64,000 bases of DNA. Origin: a virus (lineage: Duplodnaviria > Caudoviricetes). Made by a program: the position numbers and the translations under genes. The notes under the pieces were generated by a model, which saw only the letters and a program-made list of their open reading frames with translations, searched no databases and was not told the DNA's origin. Positions 31,213-43,100 of this stretch are shown in pieces; positions within the stretch are counted from its first letter, which is position 1; the number at the start of each line of letters is the position of its first letter. The DNA lies in the IMG/VR virus record IMGVR_UViG_3300031867_000006, positions 101,770-165,769 of that record. One strand, 5' to 3'.

Positions 31213-32187
31213 ATGCCGTTTAAACACAAAGGAGGCATAATTATGCCGAAAGGTTACACCAAGCACTTGAATGGTTGCGGAGCAGTCGTTCCAGGTGCTA
31301 TCTTAAAAACAAATAAATCAGGAGATTTTAAAGTACTCCGTCAATGTGCGGAGCATGAAAAAACTTGGACCAATGGTCGTCCAGGTTATGAAATCGAGTT
31401 CTTAAATGTCAACGTATTAGGTGGTCATACCAGGATGATTGTTGATAAAGATAGAGCTTCTAGGGGATATATAAAAGATCCTTATCAGGCTACGGTTTAT
31501 GGAGTAGCATGTCCTGGAAGAGCAGTTACTAAGATCAATGGTAAGCATACTAGAGAATACTCAGTTTGGAGTGGCATGATATCTAGATGCTATAATACTG
31601 GAGATCCTAAGTTTTCATCATGTGGTTATCGCGGTGTAACAGTATGCCGTCGTTGGTTATGTTTTGAATTCTTCTGTCAGGATCTTCCAAATATACCAGG
31701 TTATGAAGAATGGTACAATGCTGATGTACTTACATATGATTTCGATAAGGATATGCTTCAGCAACATCTACCTCCTCATCAGAGAGTTTATTCTCCTGAA
31801 ACATGCATGTTCTTAACACAGCATGAAAATAGAAGTATAAAGAAGTATTCTGGTGATGATAAGATTAAGCCTCATACAAATGATGAGATTAGACCTTATG
31901 ATGCTGATAGATATTTATACCCTTATCCAGATGGATCATTCTATGAGGGTTACTACTATAAATGTAGCGTAACCTATCTTGGAGAAACTGTACCGTTAGG
32001 AACATTTACTAGCCTTGAAGCTGCACATATAGTTCATAATAACTACGTGAGAATTAAAGGTTTACCTAATGTACCGTATACCATTAATTCTAATATGACA
32101 CTTGCTGAAGCAGTAGCTTGTAGAACTCCTGAAAGTAGAGCTAAAGATCTAAAACAAATGTGTCATATAGTAAATAAAAACAACTGA
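31213..32187 (+). CDS. Free-standing homing-endonuclease-like protein
   Basis: WSGMISRCYN....GYRGVTVCRRWLCFEFF.QD...DFDKD...YSPETCMF; AP2-like C-terminal segment (LGTFTSLEAAH). Confidence 0.75.
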   Translation: MPFKHKGGIIMPKGYTKHLNGCGAVVPGAILKTNKSGDFKVLRQCAEHEKTWTNGRPGYEIEFLNVNVLGGHTRMIVDKDRASRGYIKDPYQATVYGVACPGRAVTKINGKHTREYSVWSGMISRCYNTGDPKFSSCGYRGVTVCRRWLCFEFFCQDLPNIPGYEEWYNADVLTYDFDKDMLQQHLPPHQRVYSPETCMFLTQHENRSIKKYSGDDKIKPHTNDEIRPYDADRYLYPYPDGSFYEGYYYKCSVTYLGETVPLGTFTSLEAAHIVHNNYVRIKGLPNVPYTINSNMTLAEAVACRTPESRAKDLKQMCHIVNKNN

Positions 32188-32289
32188 ATATAGAAAAATA
32201 CCCTCTAGGATTAATTTCCTAGAGGGTTATCTTATCAATTATACTCACTCAATAATTTATGAGTGTTATATTTAAGGGAGGCCTTTTGC

Positions 32290-33405
32290 CTATGGCCACT
32301 CCCCCAGTGGTGTACCCAGTGCCATGGCGGTGTTTGTTTCGAGGTCTGTTGAGAAGAAGGCGGTACCTGCGAGGCCAATTGTTTCCTCGAAGATGTCTTC
32401 TGCGATGTCCTGGTAGAGGGTATTGATTGCGCCATAGTAGTCTGCGAGGTTGTCTGCGAAGTATGATACTACCTCACGCTGGAATACGATGTATGTAAGA
32501 ACGTCTCCGAACATGTTTTCTACAGAACGGATGAATGATACTGCGCCGTTTCCTTCGAATGCTGCGTTGAGATCAACTGCGGGCTCGATGGTTTCACCGT
32601 TTGCAGGTACTACGCTGATGTTAAGCGTTACGTTGCCGAACTTCTTTGCTGTAGGCATGATTGCTGACAGTGCTGCTGCCTTCTTTTCATTTTCAACAAG
32701 GAGTTTAAGCTCGGGCTCTTCATTATTGAAAAGTACCTTTACTTCTGCATCCTTTGCGAAGAATGCTGCTACTTCCTTATAGAAGTTGCACCAAGGAGAA
32801 GACATACGAAGCTGCTTCTGTGCAGATCTTGTAGCCTCTTCAGATACTCCACCCTTAAGGAGATCAGCAACGCTGGGTGTTGCGCCCATGTCATTTAATG
32901 TAACCAGAGTTACCTTCTTATCACATGCCTGGGGGTCTGCGATTACAGGTGTAATCTCGCATGCAAAGATGAAGTCAGTACCACGTACAATCTGTGTGCC
33001 GAGTAAAGCGATGGGCTTAACAACTGATCCTACGAAGCCGCCGAATGTCTGATCGAAAAGCTGCTGTGCTGTCTTATTGATAGATCCTTCTTTCTCGACA
33101 TTGATAACTACTCCGCCGAGGCCTGCACCAGATTCAAGAACTCTTTCGATATTTACAACAATGGGATCATCCATAGATCCTGCCTTTTCATTGAAGATTA
33201 CCAGAACAATGTTCTTTGTATCTTTGCCGGTGATAACTGTCTGCTCTGCAAGTACTGCATGGTTTGTTCCGTTTACAAGCTGTGATCCGAGATAAGCAAT
33301 GGGTTCATATGTAGTACCAAAGTTCTCATTAAGCTTGCCGAATGCAGTCGCAATTTTCTGGGGCATTCCATCTGTGTTGACATTGATTTCCCAATTTCCA
33401 ACCAT
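32290..33405 (-). CDS. Protein with two tandem cystatin-like repeats plus a C-terminal domain
   Basis: PIAYLGSQLVNGTNH and PIALLGTQIVRGTDF (QxVxG); visibly more GC-rich than its neighbours. Confidence 0.5.
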   Translation of the reverse strand: MVGNWEINVNTDGMPQKIATAFGKLNENFGTTYEPIAYLGSQLVNGTNHAVLAEQTVITGKDTKNIVLVIFNEKAGSMDDPIVVNIERVLESGAGLGGVVINVEKEGSINKTAQQLFDQTFGGFVGSVVKPIALLGTQIVRGTDFIFACEITPVIADPQACDKKVTLVTLNDMGATPSVADLLKGGVSEEATRSAQKQLRMSSPWCNFYKEVAAFFAKDAEVKVLFNNEEPELKLLVENEKKAAALSAIMPTAKKFGNVTLNISVVPANGETIEPAVDLNAAFEGNGAVSFIRSVENMFGDVLTYIVFQREVVSYFADNLADYYGAINTLYQDIAEDIFEETIGLAGTAFFSTDLETNTAMALGTPLGEWP

Positions 33406-33464
33406 ATTTTTTATCCTCCTATATATAATATATATATTTTAAGGGCTGGTTATTTACCCTTAAT

Positions 33465-34286
33465 CTACTTAATTAAGCTTTTAAGCTTTTCGTAAGATTT
33501 CTGTCCGTAGATACCATCTACTTTAAGTCCATACTTGCTCTGGAATTTTTCCAGTGCTGCTTTAGTCTTTGCTCCGAAAGCACCATCCTTATTCAAATTT
33601 GTATTTACAATCTTGTTAAGACAAGTTTGAAGTTTTACAACTGAGTCTCCAGATGACCCAGTGCGTAATGTAGGCTTGGGAACACTACTTGAAGCCGTTG
33701 CGGTAGTCTTTTTAGCTGTAGAAGTAGCACCGTACTTCTTACCACCATATAAAGGCGCGCCATAACCATCGATTCTACTATTAGTCAATGCGTAAGACTT
33801 CTTACATACAGCGCCTCCGTTAGGAATAACCTGGCTACCTGCAGAAGTATTACCTTCAACAGTATATACAACACCGTTAGCAACCTTATATACTAAGCCT
33901 GTATGGCAAATCCTTGTACCATTAGTAAAGAAAATCTGCCATCCGGGTTTAGGTGTGCAAGTACCTCTCTTATGATATGCATTCTTATTCTTATAGAGTT
34001 GTGCACAAGCTACTGTGTAATCATCGAAATTGCCACCGAGCAAACCCTTAGCATTGGATACTCCATAAGCCTTCTGAAAGCACCAACAAACGAAAGCCGC
34101 GCACCAAGCCGCTCCTACATCCATAACCTGGGGATATATAGCATGCATGTCACGACCATACTTAGTCCAATTATTTCTACCAGCATTGGCAGTTTTACTG
34201 TCAAGATTGCTGTTACTTTTCTTTTCCAAATAACCCACTTCGTTCAGGGCTATGTTTATTACTCTCTGGGGATCATATGTAGCCAT
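33465..34286 (-). CDS. Endolysin: CHAP-type catalytic domain plus peptidoglycan-binding domain
   Basis: AWCAAFVCWCF, HTGLV, VEGNT; C-terminal LRTGSSG..V..LQ..L...DG.FG..T..A...FQ...GL.VDGIYG. Confidence 0.9.
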   Translation of the reverse strand: MATYDPQRVINIALNEVGYLEKKSNSNLDSKTANAGRNNWTKYGRDMHAIYPQVMDVGAAWCAAFVCWCFQKAYGVSNAKGLLGGNFDDYTVACAQLYKNKNAYHKRGTCTPKPGWQIFFTNGTRICHTGLVYKVANGVVYTVEGNTSAGSQVIPNGGAVCKKSYALTNSRIDGYGAPLYGGKKYGATSTAKKTTATASSSVPKPTLRTGSSGDSVVKLQTCLNKIVNTNLNKDGAFGAKTKAALEKFQSKYGLKVDGIYGQKSYEKLKSLIK

Positions 34287-34436
34287 AGAACTAACACTCC
34301 CTTCCCTTTATATTTTGATTTAAAATAGATGGCGGGCAAGATACCCGCCATGTGCCTTAGTAAAAAACATTCGCTTATAATGCAAAAACAATACTTACAC
34401 TCTGCATTATATAATTGTTATGCCTTGTGTAAAATT

Positions 34437-34934
34437 TTAAAATTTAATAACCGGCAATGCAGGCATACTCTTCATAGCCTTGATATGCTTCGTCTGAGAA
34501 CGCTTTGCGATCATAAGACCCTGCTTACCATAACGAGCAAAGATAGCGTTTCTGAGCTTTCTCTCATTTACACGGTTAAGAGCGAGCTTCTTAAACAGAG
34601 GATCTCTCTTCTCCTTAGCGATGAGAAGTGCTGCCAGATTAGCACGACGATGAAGATCATCATTCTTACCGAGACGTACGTATGTACGCTTGCTCATCTT
34701 CCTAGACTCAACAAGGGCCTGAACCTCTGCAGACTCCATGAAGTTCTTAAGAGCTTCGTCTCCACGTTCAAAGTATGTTACGCTCTCAAGAGCAGACTGC
34801 TGCATGAGATTCTCAACATCGTTAGCAAGACTCTCTACACCTTCAGGTGTATCGGGATCTTTATTAATAACCTGATCAAGCTCGTCATTTACTTCAGCTC
34901 CAGCAATGGTAGCCTCATCAAAATTAAACAGCAT
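34437..34934 (-). CDS. Putative internal head protein
   Basis: Acidic N-terminus with xxE(S/A) sites, basic C-terminus, late motif upstream. Confidence 0.55.
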   Translation of the reverse strand: MLFNFDEATIAGAEVNDELDQVINKDPDTPEGVESLANDVENLMQQSALESVTYFERGDEALKNFMESAEVQALVESRKMSKRTYVRLGKNDDLHRRANLAALLIAKEKRDPLFKKLALNRVNERKLRNAIFARYGKQGLMIAKRSQTKHIKAMKSMPALPVIKF

Positions 34935-35022
34935 GATATATTACCTCCTTATAATAATTATTTTGTAAAGTTATGCGCTTGAGTTCACATTAATATGATG
35001 TTTAAAATTAATATTAATATAT

Positions 35023-35415
35023 ATGGAGGTGTTATTTATGCTGACATATGAGCCTAATAAGGACTTTGAAAGTAGTCCTGATTTCGTAATGCGAATGTAT
35101 TATGAAATATACAAACAGTTTACTTTCGTGGAAGAACCAGACGAGCGTGAATATAAGAAAGATGGTAAAATAGAGCATGGTTATGGAAGACCAGATATAT
35201 ATGCTGGAGTTGTATTCTCATTTGAGGGTCATAAATACAAACTTCTCAGAGACCTTGGTTACTGGACTTACAACGAAGAAGATAAGGCTAATAAAACGCT
35301 TACTCATATCGGCGAGGTCGAAAATATAGATACTAACACCAAGCATATTGCTAATATAGATACACTATATTTTAAGCTTCTTACTATAGATGAACCAGGG
35401 AGGCAATTCAAATGA
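35023..35415 (+). CDS. Hypothetical protein
   Basis: ORF with GGAGGT RBS (start likely MLTYE). Confidence 0.65.
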   Translation: MEVLFMLTYEPNKDFESSPDFVMRMYYEIYKQFTFVEEPDEREYKKDGKIEHGYGRPDIYAGVVFSFEGHKYKLLRDLGYWTYNEEDKANKTLTHIGEVENIDTNTKHIANIDTLYFKLLTIDEPGRQFK

Positions 35416-35551
35416 GTGAAATATCAAGACAGATGATCGCTGAATACAAAGCGAAGTATTCCGATAGGTTACTATCTGGTAGAGAAGTCAAATTGACCAA
35501 AAAGACCACTTTATCAGAAAAAATAATAAATTTTCTTAGGAGGATAATAAA

Positions 35552-36172
35552 ATGAGTTACAATGAGCAGGACCTTATTAATGAAATGCTGAACAATGCTG
35601 CTTATGATGCAGATGCTGTTCAGTCTATTGCACAGCAGATCGCGCCTATATATAATGAGGCTGGCAGAGAGATGCCTAAAGATGATGAAGGTGTATACTT
35701 CGGTTGGGCGTCTGGTAAGGCCCTCACCATGTTTGCGCCTCTTTATCGTAAGATGGGTGAGCGTGAGGACAAGATTGAGTATACTGAGAGTATGATGAGA
35801 TTTCTCAGCGTATTTAACGATACACAGCTTGAGGTCATCAATCAGAATGTGGTTGGCGGAGAAGTACCTTTCGAGTTTCTCGATCAGTATATAATGGCTT
35901 CAATTCCTTATGGTAAGCTTAATTGGATATTCAAGCTTATTGAGTCGGGCCATCAGATATACGTAGAAGAGAACTTTGATAAGCTTATAGCTCTTGAGGT
36001 TGATCAGATTGCGGAAATTTTTGCAGCTTTCGATGAAGGTTTCGATCCTAATGAGATTTATATTCTTACTGAGCTCCCCACAGCAGAAAAAATGGGTCTA
36101 ATCCGCCATTGCTTAGCTTTCCATCTTGAATTTGAGTACAATACTGGCTCTGGAGAATTAACAATATATTAA
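35552..36172 (+). CDS. Hypothetical acidic protein
   Basis: AGGAGG RBS, 206 aa. Confidence 0.7.
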   Translation: MSYNEQDLINEMLNNAAYDADAVQSIAQQIAPIYNEAGREMPKDDEGVYFGWASGKALTMFAPLYRKMGEREDKIEYTESMMRFLSVFNDTQLEVINQNVVGGEVPFEFLDQYIMASIPYGKLNWIFKLIESGHQIYVEENFDKLIALEVDQIAEIFAAFDEGFDPNEIYILTELPTAEKMGLIRHCLAFHLEFEYNTGSGELTIY

Positions 36173-36287
36173 TAAACAGATTTTCTTCAAAGGCAAGTGT
36201 TGTTCTTTGCTTATTTAAGTACAACAAAAAAGAATAACGCAGAGCGAACACCATAGGCGCAATGGCCTATGGTGAACGTTTTGCATT

Positions 36288-39200
36288 CTACAAAGAAACT
36301 ATATTACTATAATTTACATTATCTGCATCTAACCTGTTTAGCCCAATCGAGGCTAACGGGAAGTTCTTCAGTGAATCAGATATGATTTCGTTTACATTAA
36401 CGAATGGAAGAACCCAGTCTGGAACTGCAACATCAGGTGGTAATCCTATTACGTTAAGCTTCTTACCAAGAACTGGATGATTTAATAATCTTACTAATTT
36501 CTCATAATCCTCAGGATAATCATCCTTAATCCTTGTTACATTCCGCTTATTAATATCAAGCTTTATCTTAATGATGGAATTGCGCTCATCCATATTAATT
36601 GCTGGCATATTAGGATGTCTCATCTCATTATAGATTACACAAGCTACTGCACCATTTATAGCCAATGGATTCTCATAACTATTCATTGCAGCCACATTAT
36701 CTGGCTTATAATATTTGGTCTCCTTATTCATAATAGAATTATGGATCTTATTTTCCATCATGACCAGCTTCTTCATTATTCCTATCTGATCAATATTATC
36801 TGCAGTCATAATATCTTCATACAGAATCTTCTTAAACTCATCCTTAATATCTTGAGGCAGTGTTGATTTATCTATCGGTAATCCTGCAATCGCAAGACCC
36901 TGATCTTTAGGTACTATATTTCCCTCTTGTAAGTTCTGAAAGTCCGCATAGTTTCTACGGTTATCTGTCAATAGAACTCGCTGAAAGAGGAATTCGTTCT
37001 TCATCACCATTCTACACTTAGTACCTTCAACATAACTACCTGTGAGTTTAGTATATTCTGCAAGATAATCGACTACAAGATCACTACATACATACGCTAT
37101 TATATTAATTATAGCATATCTAAGGTTCTCTTGTGGAATAAGAGTGCAAGGCTCAATATATTTACGAGTCTCTATAGTTTCATCAGTATAGAAATTATAG
37201 TCATATCTAGGCTCTTCTATATGACACATCACCCTCTTATCCTTATCACCATACTTATCCACATCAAATACATGCACCATGCTACGCTTTTCTCTCTTTA
37301 TAGGTATATCAAGATTATACACCTTATTGAGAAGATATCTATACCACGCATCAAATGATATTATACAGCTGTCCGTATCAGTTATAGCTACAATATCGCG
37401 TTGCATATATTCTATTCTATCCAACTTATCTATATAGAAATGCGGATAATATACGTACTCCTTAATTAGATCACTAAGCAATCCAAGATCTTCCTTAATA
37501 CTATCCGGCGGACTATTAGGATCTAAGAATAGATTATGATCAACTTTCCAAGATCCATCATCTTTTCTAGTACACTTAGGAGTTCCACCTAAGGAGCTAA
37601 GTATTTTAATAAGAAGATCTGTTATAATCTTATTATCGCAGAATTCATATAGATTATTCTTATAATATAATCTATTGATATCCTCCTGCGGTAATGCTCT
37701 GATATATTCCCATACTAACCACATCTCATTCTCTGTAGGAATCCATATGGAAATATCTGCTGTTATCATAAGCTGATAGAAACATTCATCATATCCTATA
37801 GGTCTATCTAATATATCGCTATCGATACAATTTCTTGTTTCATGCTGAGTTACATTATCAATGAATGTAATTACCTCATTAAGACTGTTGAACTTTACAT
37901 TATTAGCTAGTAATGATTCAAACAAAGTCATACTGCAAGATATATATGATCTGCCTTGGCGGGTAACCGCCTCTGCTACATATAAGTTATAAAACATGCT
38001 TGTTGGAGCACCTAAACCACTTGTCTTCACGCAGGTCGCTAATCTGCGCAGTTCTCTTATGAACTTCTCTAGTCTTTCTCTAGATGATGAGACTATATCA
38101 TTACCTAAACATAGGCACGTTATATTTCGATTTAAGAGATTCTCACTCACTCGCTTGAGCCCTACTCCTATAGCTGAATTTCACAGCCCTTCCGGGGATA
38201 GTCGTTGAACTTAACATTATTTTTAATCTACAATTTTGCACATAGTTTTATTAGTTATCATATATTTACAGAATTCTTCCGGTGGCATATATGGAACATG
38301 ATTTGTTAATCTAATTAAATCATATGCATGATAATAATCAAACCAATAATTAAAAGCATTGGCTGCTGCTATCTCATCAGAAAATCTTAATTGTCTTTTC
38401 ATACCAGCAACAGATATATTCATAACAAAATTATCACCAACTTTGATAACTCCAAAATATTTATTCTCGATAGTAGAATTTTGCTTTCGTTCTATAGCAC
38501 TCAAATTTCTATTATCTCTTATAGATAAAAACATGCATGTATTTCTTGAATATACTCTTTGATTCTTTGGTAGTTTCTTTGGAAATATCTGCGGCAATGT
38601 CTTGTCACTAACTTCTCCTCTTTTAGCCAAATATTGTCTAATGAAATATTCATATCCAGTATTTAGAAAATGAACTTTCACATATTTTTGACCACCCTTC
38701 ATATAATATTCTCCAGTTATAATATATGGACCGTATTTAGACTCATATACTTCTCCATTCATTTTTTAACACCTCCTTTCTAAAATATTTTATTGTAGAT
38801 TAAATTTATATTATATAAGCTGCTGATTGTACATTAAAATCTTTTAGAACCATATAGGCTTTTATTTCATCATTATCGATATCTATCATATTGTTTCTGT
38901 CTTTCGACTCCATATTAGGCATGATAGCTTTAGCACTTTCCAGCAATTAATAACGTATTAGACACAATCTTTCGATTATGAATGGACGAATATTAGCTCT
39001 TTATATTACTTTATATCGCTTTGTTTCTCATCCGTATACCGCGTTCGCATTTATTTTCTCTAATAGTTGAAGTAGGTTATATCTTGCAAACATTTCCGAA
39101 CCCTTAGGATATTTAAACATGGTTTTCTTATATTCAGCTCGCTTGTCTAAGAATTGCATAATCATTCTAGATAGAGGATTATCACATTCGGCGTGTTTCT

Positions 39201-39462
39201 TAAATAGAACTCCAGATGATGTAATTATAGGCTCCTTGCTTTCAATATATTTAAGTACATCAAGCACAGTTCCATCTACCCTCTGTTTAGTATAGTTATT
39301 ATCTATAGATGCTTTACCATTCTTAAGAGTGTTCCTAACAGTATAATCTATAGCTTCATCTAACTCACTTATGTTGAGAGCTGGGAATGAATGTCGCAAT
39401 CCATTAATCATGACCTGCTTATATTCATTTATAACTTTCAGGTCAGGCATATAGTTTTCCAA
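36288..39462 (-). CDS. Family B DNA polymerase, C-terminal subunit; spliced exons 39462-39030 and 38017-36288 (~720 aa)
   Basis: Splicing joins KINANAVYG to CLGAPTS...VTRQGR (motif B); TDTDS (motif C) is in exon 2; exon total of 2163 nt is in frame. Confidence 0.88.
38018..39029 (-). mobile_element. Group I intron in the DNA polymerase gene
   Basis: Exon ends in U, intron ends in G; AATTGCTGGAAA, AATCAGCAG, GTTCAACGACTA and GATATAGTCT core elements. Confidence 0.88.
38223..38762 (-). CDS. Intron-encoded homing-endonuclease-like ORF, apparently lacking the nuclease core
   Basis: N-terminal module, RVYSRNTCMF and AP2-like tail present; central RCY..G..W..DKD block missing. Confidence 0.6.
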   Translation of the reverse strand: MNGEVYESKYGPYIITGEYYMKGGQKYVKVHFLNTGYEYFIRQYLAKRGEVSDKTLPQIFPKKLPKNQRVYSRNTCMFLSIRDNRNLSAIERKQNSTIENKYFGVIKVGDNFVMNISVAGMKRQLRFSDEIAAANAFNYWFDYYHAYDLIRLTNHVPYMPPEEFCKYMITNKTMCKIVD

Positions 39463-39465
39463 TTA

Positions 39466-39567
39466 TTAATCACCTTCCATTCCATCATCAAATTCTTCTT
39501 CGGTATCGTCATCTTCAATACCATAATCTTCTTCCTCATCGGGAAGGTTTTCTAATAGATTATCCAT
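39466..39567 (-). CDS. 33-aa hyperacidic peptide (not in ORF track)
   Basis: GAGGTG RBS; MDNLLENLPDEEEDYGIEDDDTEEEFDDGMEGD. Confidence 0.55.
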   Translation of the reverse strand: MDNLLENLPDEEEDYGIEDDDTEEEFDDGMEGD

Positions 39568-39576
39568 TTAATCACC

Positions 39577-39774
39577 TCACTTTCTAATACTAAATTCCAT
39601 TGGTATACCATTAGCTACTTCTTCATTAGTGAGTTTAATCTGACCTTCCAATTGAGATGGTAATATCGTAATTCTGGTACATATACCGAGTTCTTTTCTT
39701 TCTAACTCATTACCATTTCTATCTGTCTGTACATAAGTAATTGGTTTACCAATACAATCATATATACCGGCCAT
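39577..39774 (-). CDS. Hypothetical protein
   Basis: GGAGG RBS; in operon with the polymerase gene. Confidence 0.65.
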   Translation of the reverse strand: MAGIYDCIGKPITYVQTDRNGNELERKELGICTRITILPSQLEGQIKLTNEEVANGIPMEFSIRK

Positions 39775-39777
39775 AAT

Positions 39778-40026
39778 CTACCTCCCTGCAATTATTTCTG
39801 TTGCTTTATCAATCATTTTCTTGTCATTATCCTCCTTCTTTGTAAATAGACTATAATCATTTGTAGGCATACAAATAACGGATGATATTTCTTTTTCCTT
39901 AAATAGTCTTGTTTTGTTGCCATTCTTGGATATGAAATATATATCGCCATTCATACACCTAATATTCTTAACGTTTTTAATATCTATATCTAACCCATTG
40001 GTTAGAGTAATATTCACATCAAGCAT
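39778..40026 (-). CDS. Hypothetical protein
   Basis: AAGGAGG RBS; class-1 motif at 40084. Confidence 0.65.
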   Translation of the reverse strand: MLDVNITLTNGLDIDIKNVKNIRCMNGDIYFISKNGNKTRLFKEKEISSVICMPTNDYSLFTKKEDNDKKMIDKATEIIAGR

Positions 40027-40157
40027 ATTATAATTACCTCCTTAAGTATTGATTACTTTAAAGTCCTAAGTAATCTACAAGTTTATAATATACAACTTCA
40101 TCTAAGTTTACCCGTTTAGACATAAATATAAATCTATATATTAAGGAGGTATAGCTT

Positions 40158-43100
40158 ATGTATGCTCAGCAAATGCCTGGTTACATGGCACAAATGCAGA
40201 TGCAAAACGGAGCTGCTTTCGGGCAGAGACCTATGATACCGGCGAGAGCTCCGACACCTATAAAGACTATATACTCTCAGAAAACTACTAAGAATAAATC
40301 ATTCTTAGAGATGCATTATTTTCTAAAGAGTATTGGAATAAAGAATAATGAATTTATGCTAGCTCTTATCGATCCTGACTTAGATGGGATCGATCCATAT
40401 GATCCGAATCTAAATGGAATATATAAGCAGAAGGTCCTCAGAGAAGTGATGACCAATTATTGGTACTTCTTGAGGGAAGTTGTGCGTCTTCCGAGTGCGG
40501 GTGCTGCTCCAATGAGATATAAACTAGATAGATCTAATCTAGCTTATAACTTCTGTGCATCACTTAATCTTAATATATTCCTAGAAGCGCCAAGGCTAAC
40601 TATTAACCCTATTATTGAAGTGATTCAGTAATAGAATTTCTTTTAATTGCTGGGAAAGGCTAAAGTCTAAATTCCTATAATGGTGACGAAAGTCAGAAAC
40701 AATTTTAGAATAGTTTAATGGTGAAATACAAGCCTTATTTAAGGTCCTAAAAACTAATAAATGTCTAATCAGCAGCTAAATTATTTTTTACCGAGCTGTC
40801 TACAATAACGTAATAGGAGGTATTACGTTATGATTAATATAGATTTTAATAAGATTTATCATACAAAATCATATGGAGATTTCAAAATAATAGAAAATCT
40901 TGGATATATTAATGGAGACAGCAGATTGTGGGTTAAGATTAAATTTTTAACTACAGGTTATGAACGAATTATTAGACAAGATCATCTATATAGACCAAAT
41001 CTTGATATACAAGACCCATATTATCCAAGAATATTTGGATGTGCTTGTATGGGAGAAGGAGTTGGTGCTAGAGATGAATATAAACCAGACTATGATAGAT
41101 GGCTGAAAATGGTATCTAGATGTAGAAATGAAGAAGATAAAGATTATCCTAGATATGGATTGATTGGCGTTGATGTTGATGAAGAATGGTTGACATTTGC
41201 TAATTATTATCATGATATAAAGGAATTGCCTGGGTACAGATTTAAACAAGCATATCCACAAAAATTCCAATTGGATAAAGATTATCTACAATATGATGTA
41301 CCACCAGAAGAAAAGATCTACTCTAAAGATACTTGTATATGGGCGGAAAAGTCTATTAATTCTAAAATGACAAAAACAAATACACATGAAATACCAGAAA
41401 TAGATTATGTTGATCGTCAGGGCAATCCAAAACGTATGACAATGTGTAAAATAATTTAGTTCAACGACTATCCATTTGACCAGGCGTATAAATATGGTCT
41501 ACAGGAGTAGGGCTCAAGCGAGCGGGTGAGATCCCCTTAAATCGAAATGAAGAACCCTCTTAATAAGAGGTGAAGATATAGTCTCGACATCCAGAGAAAT
41601 ACTGGAGATGTATTTAATACATGCATGAAGTAGCGACTCATGTTAAGATAACGAGGTTGGGAAGACTATTGGTGCGGCAATAAGATACCTCTATTGCTAT
41701 AACTTTGCGTCTTCCAACAGTAAAATGGCATTTCTCCATAAAAATATGGAAGGTTCTACAGATAACTTGGAATCTCTTAAGCAAATAAGAGATTTATTGC
41801 CAGATTACTTACAATTTAAAGAAAAGGTTGGTATTGATGGTAAAGTAGATCGCGGTAGGAATAATACTAGAGATATACAGAATCCTTATAACAATAATAG
41901 CATAAAGACATTTGCTTCAGCAACAAATAAAACAAGAGCTGCATCTCTGCTTCGTGGTAAAACCCTTGTAATGATCTGGTTCGATGAGTATGCATTCATA
42001 CCATTTAATGATACAATATATATCAATTCGGCACCAGCATATAAGACAGCGAGGGATATCGCAAAGCAGAATAATGCATCGTACGGCATCTTAATCACTA
42101 CAACGCCTAAACAAACCTGGGCATTCACAATCGAAAGATTGTGTCTAATTTCTCGGAATTGCTGGAAAGTGCTAAAACTTCTATGCCTTAATGGAGTTGA
42201 AAGACGGAAACAAGTTAGAAGATTAATCAATGGTGAAATAAAAGCTTATTCAAATTTAGCCAGCTTGAATAGGTCCTATAGATTAAATAGTAATGTGCTA
42301 TCAGCAACTTAATTATATTAAGTTCAACGACTATCCTTATATAGGAGTAGGGCTAATAAGCTCGAAGTAGAGAACACCTAAGTCTAGATATAGATATGGT
42401 GATGATATAGTCTAATCCGCTAATAAATATCGGTAACCCGACGGTAATTACAATCCTAATTTATGGGGTTTATGGCTCAACCAGAGGCACAGGTCGCGTA
42501 TGCTGAAAAAGAGGCTGCGACTAAATTCTCTGAGTCTTGGTATGATAAATCATATCAGGAGATTATGAGTATCATAAATGTAAATAAGCATTCCGACTTT
42601 GTATATATAAAATTTACTTATCAGCAGCTTGGTAAGTCTGAGCAATGGTTTGATGAAGTATGTAAGCTTTTGCATAATAAATGGCCTGACATTCGAAGAG
42701 AGATTCTTCTTGAGTGGGCTAACGGTGTAGAGAATTCTCCTTTCGATCCTGATGATTTAGAGACTATTTCCGGTCTTTTGAAGCAACCTATAAGCGAAGT
42801 GTATTTGCTTGGTAAATATAGGTTCGAAACTTATATGCAAGCAGATACTAGAACGTATCCGGCAATTATAGGTGTCGACGTTGCTGCTGGTTATAAGAAA
42901 GACAGTTCCTGTATTACAGTTATTGATTCATTGAGTACTAAAGTATTAGGCTGTCTAAATTGCAATTATATTTCGACTGTAGATCTAGCAAGATGTGTCG
43001 AATTCATTGTAAAGAATTGGATGCCCACAGCGATAGTAGCTGTTGAGCGCAATGGTGAGCGTACCCAATGCGTACGTTGAGACGTATTGGTTATCAACAC

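Noticed and set aside
38018-38150. N-terminal part of the 620-aa ORF
   Set aside because: It is group I intron sequence read in frame with exon 2
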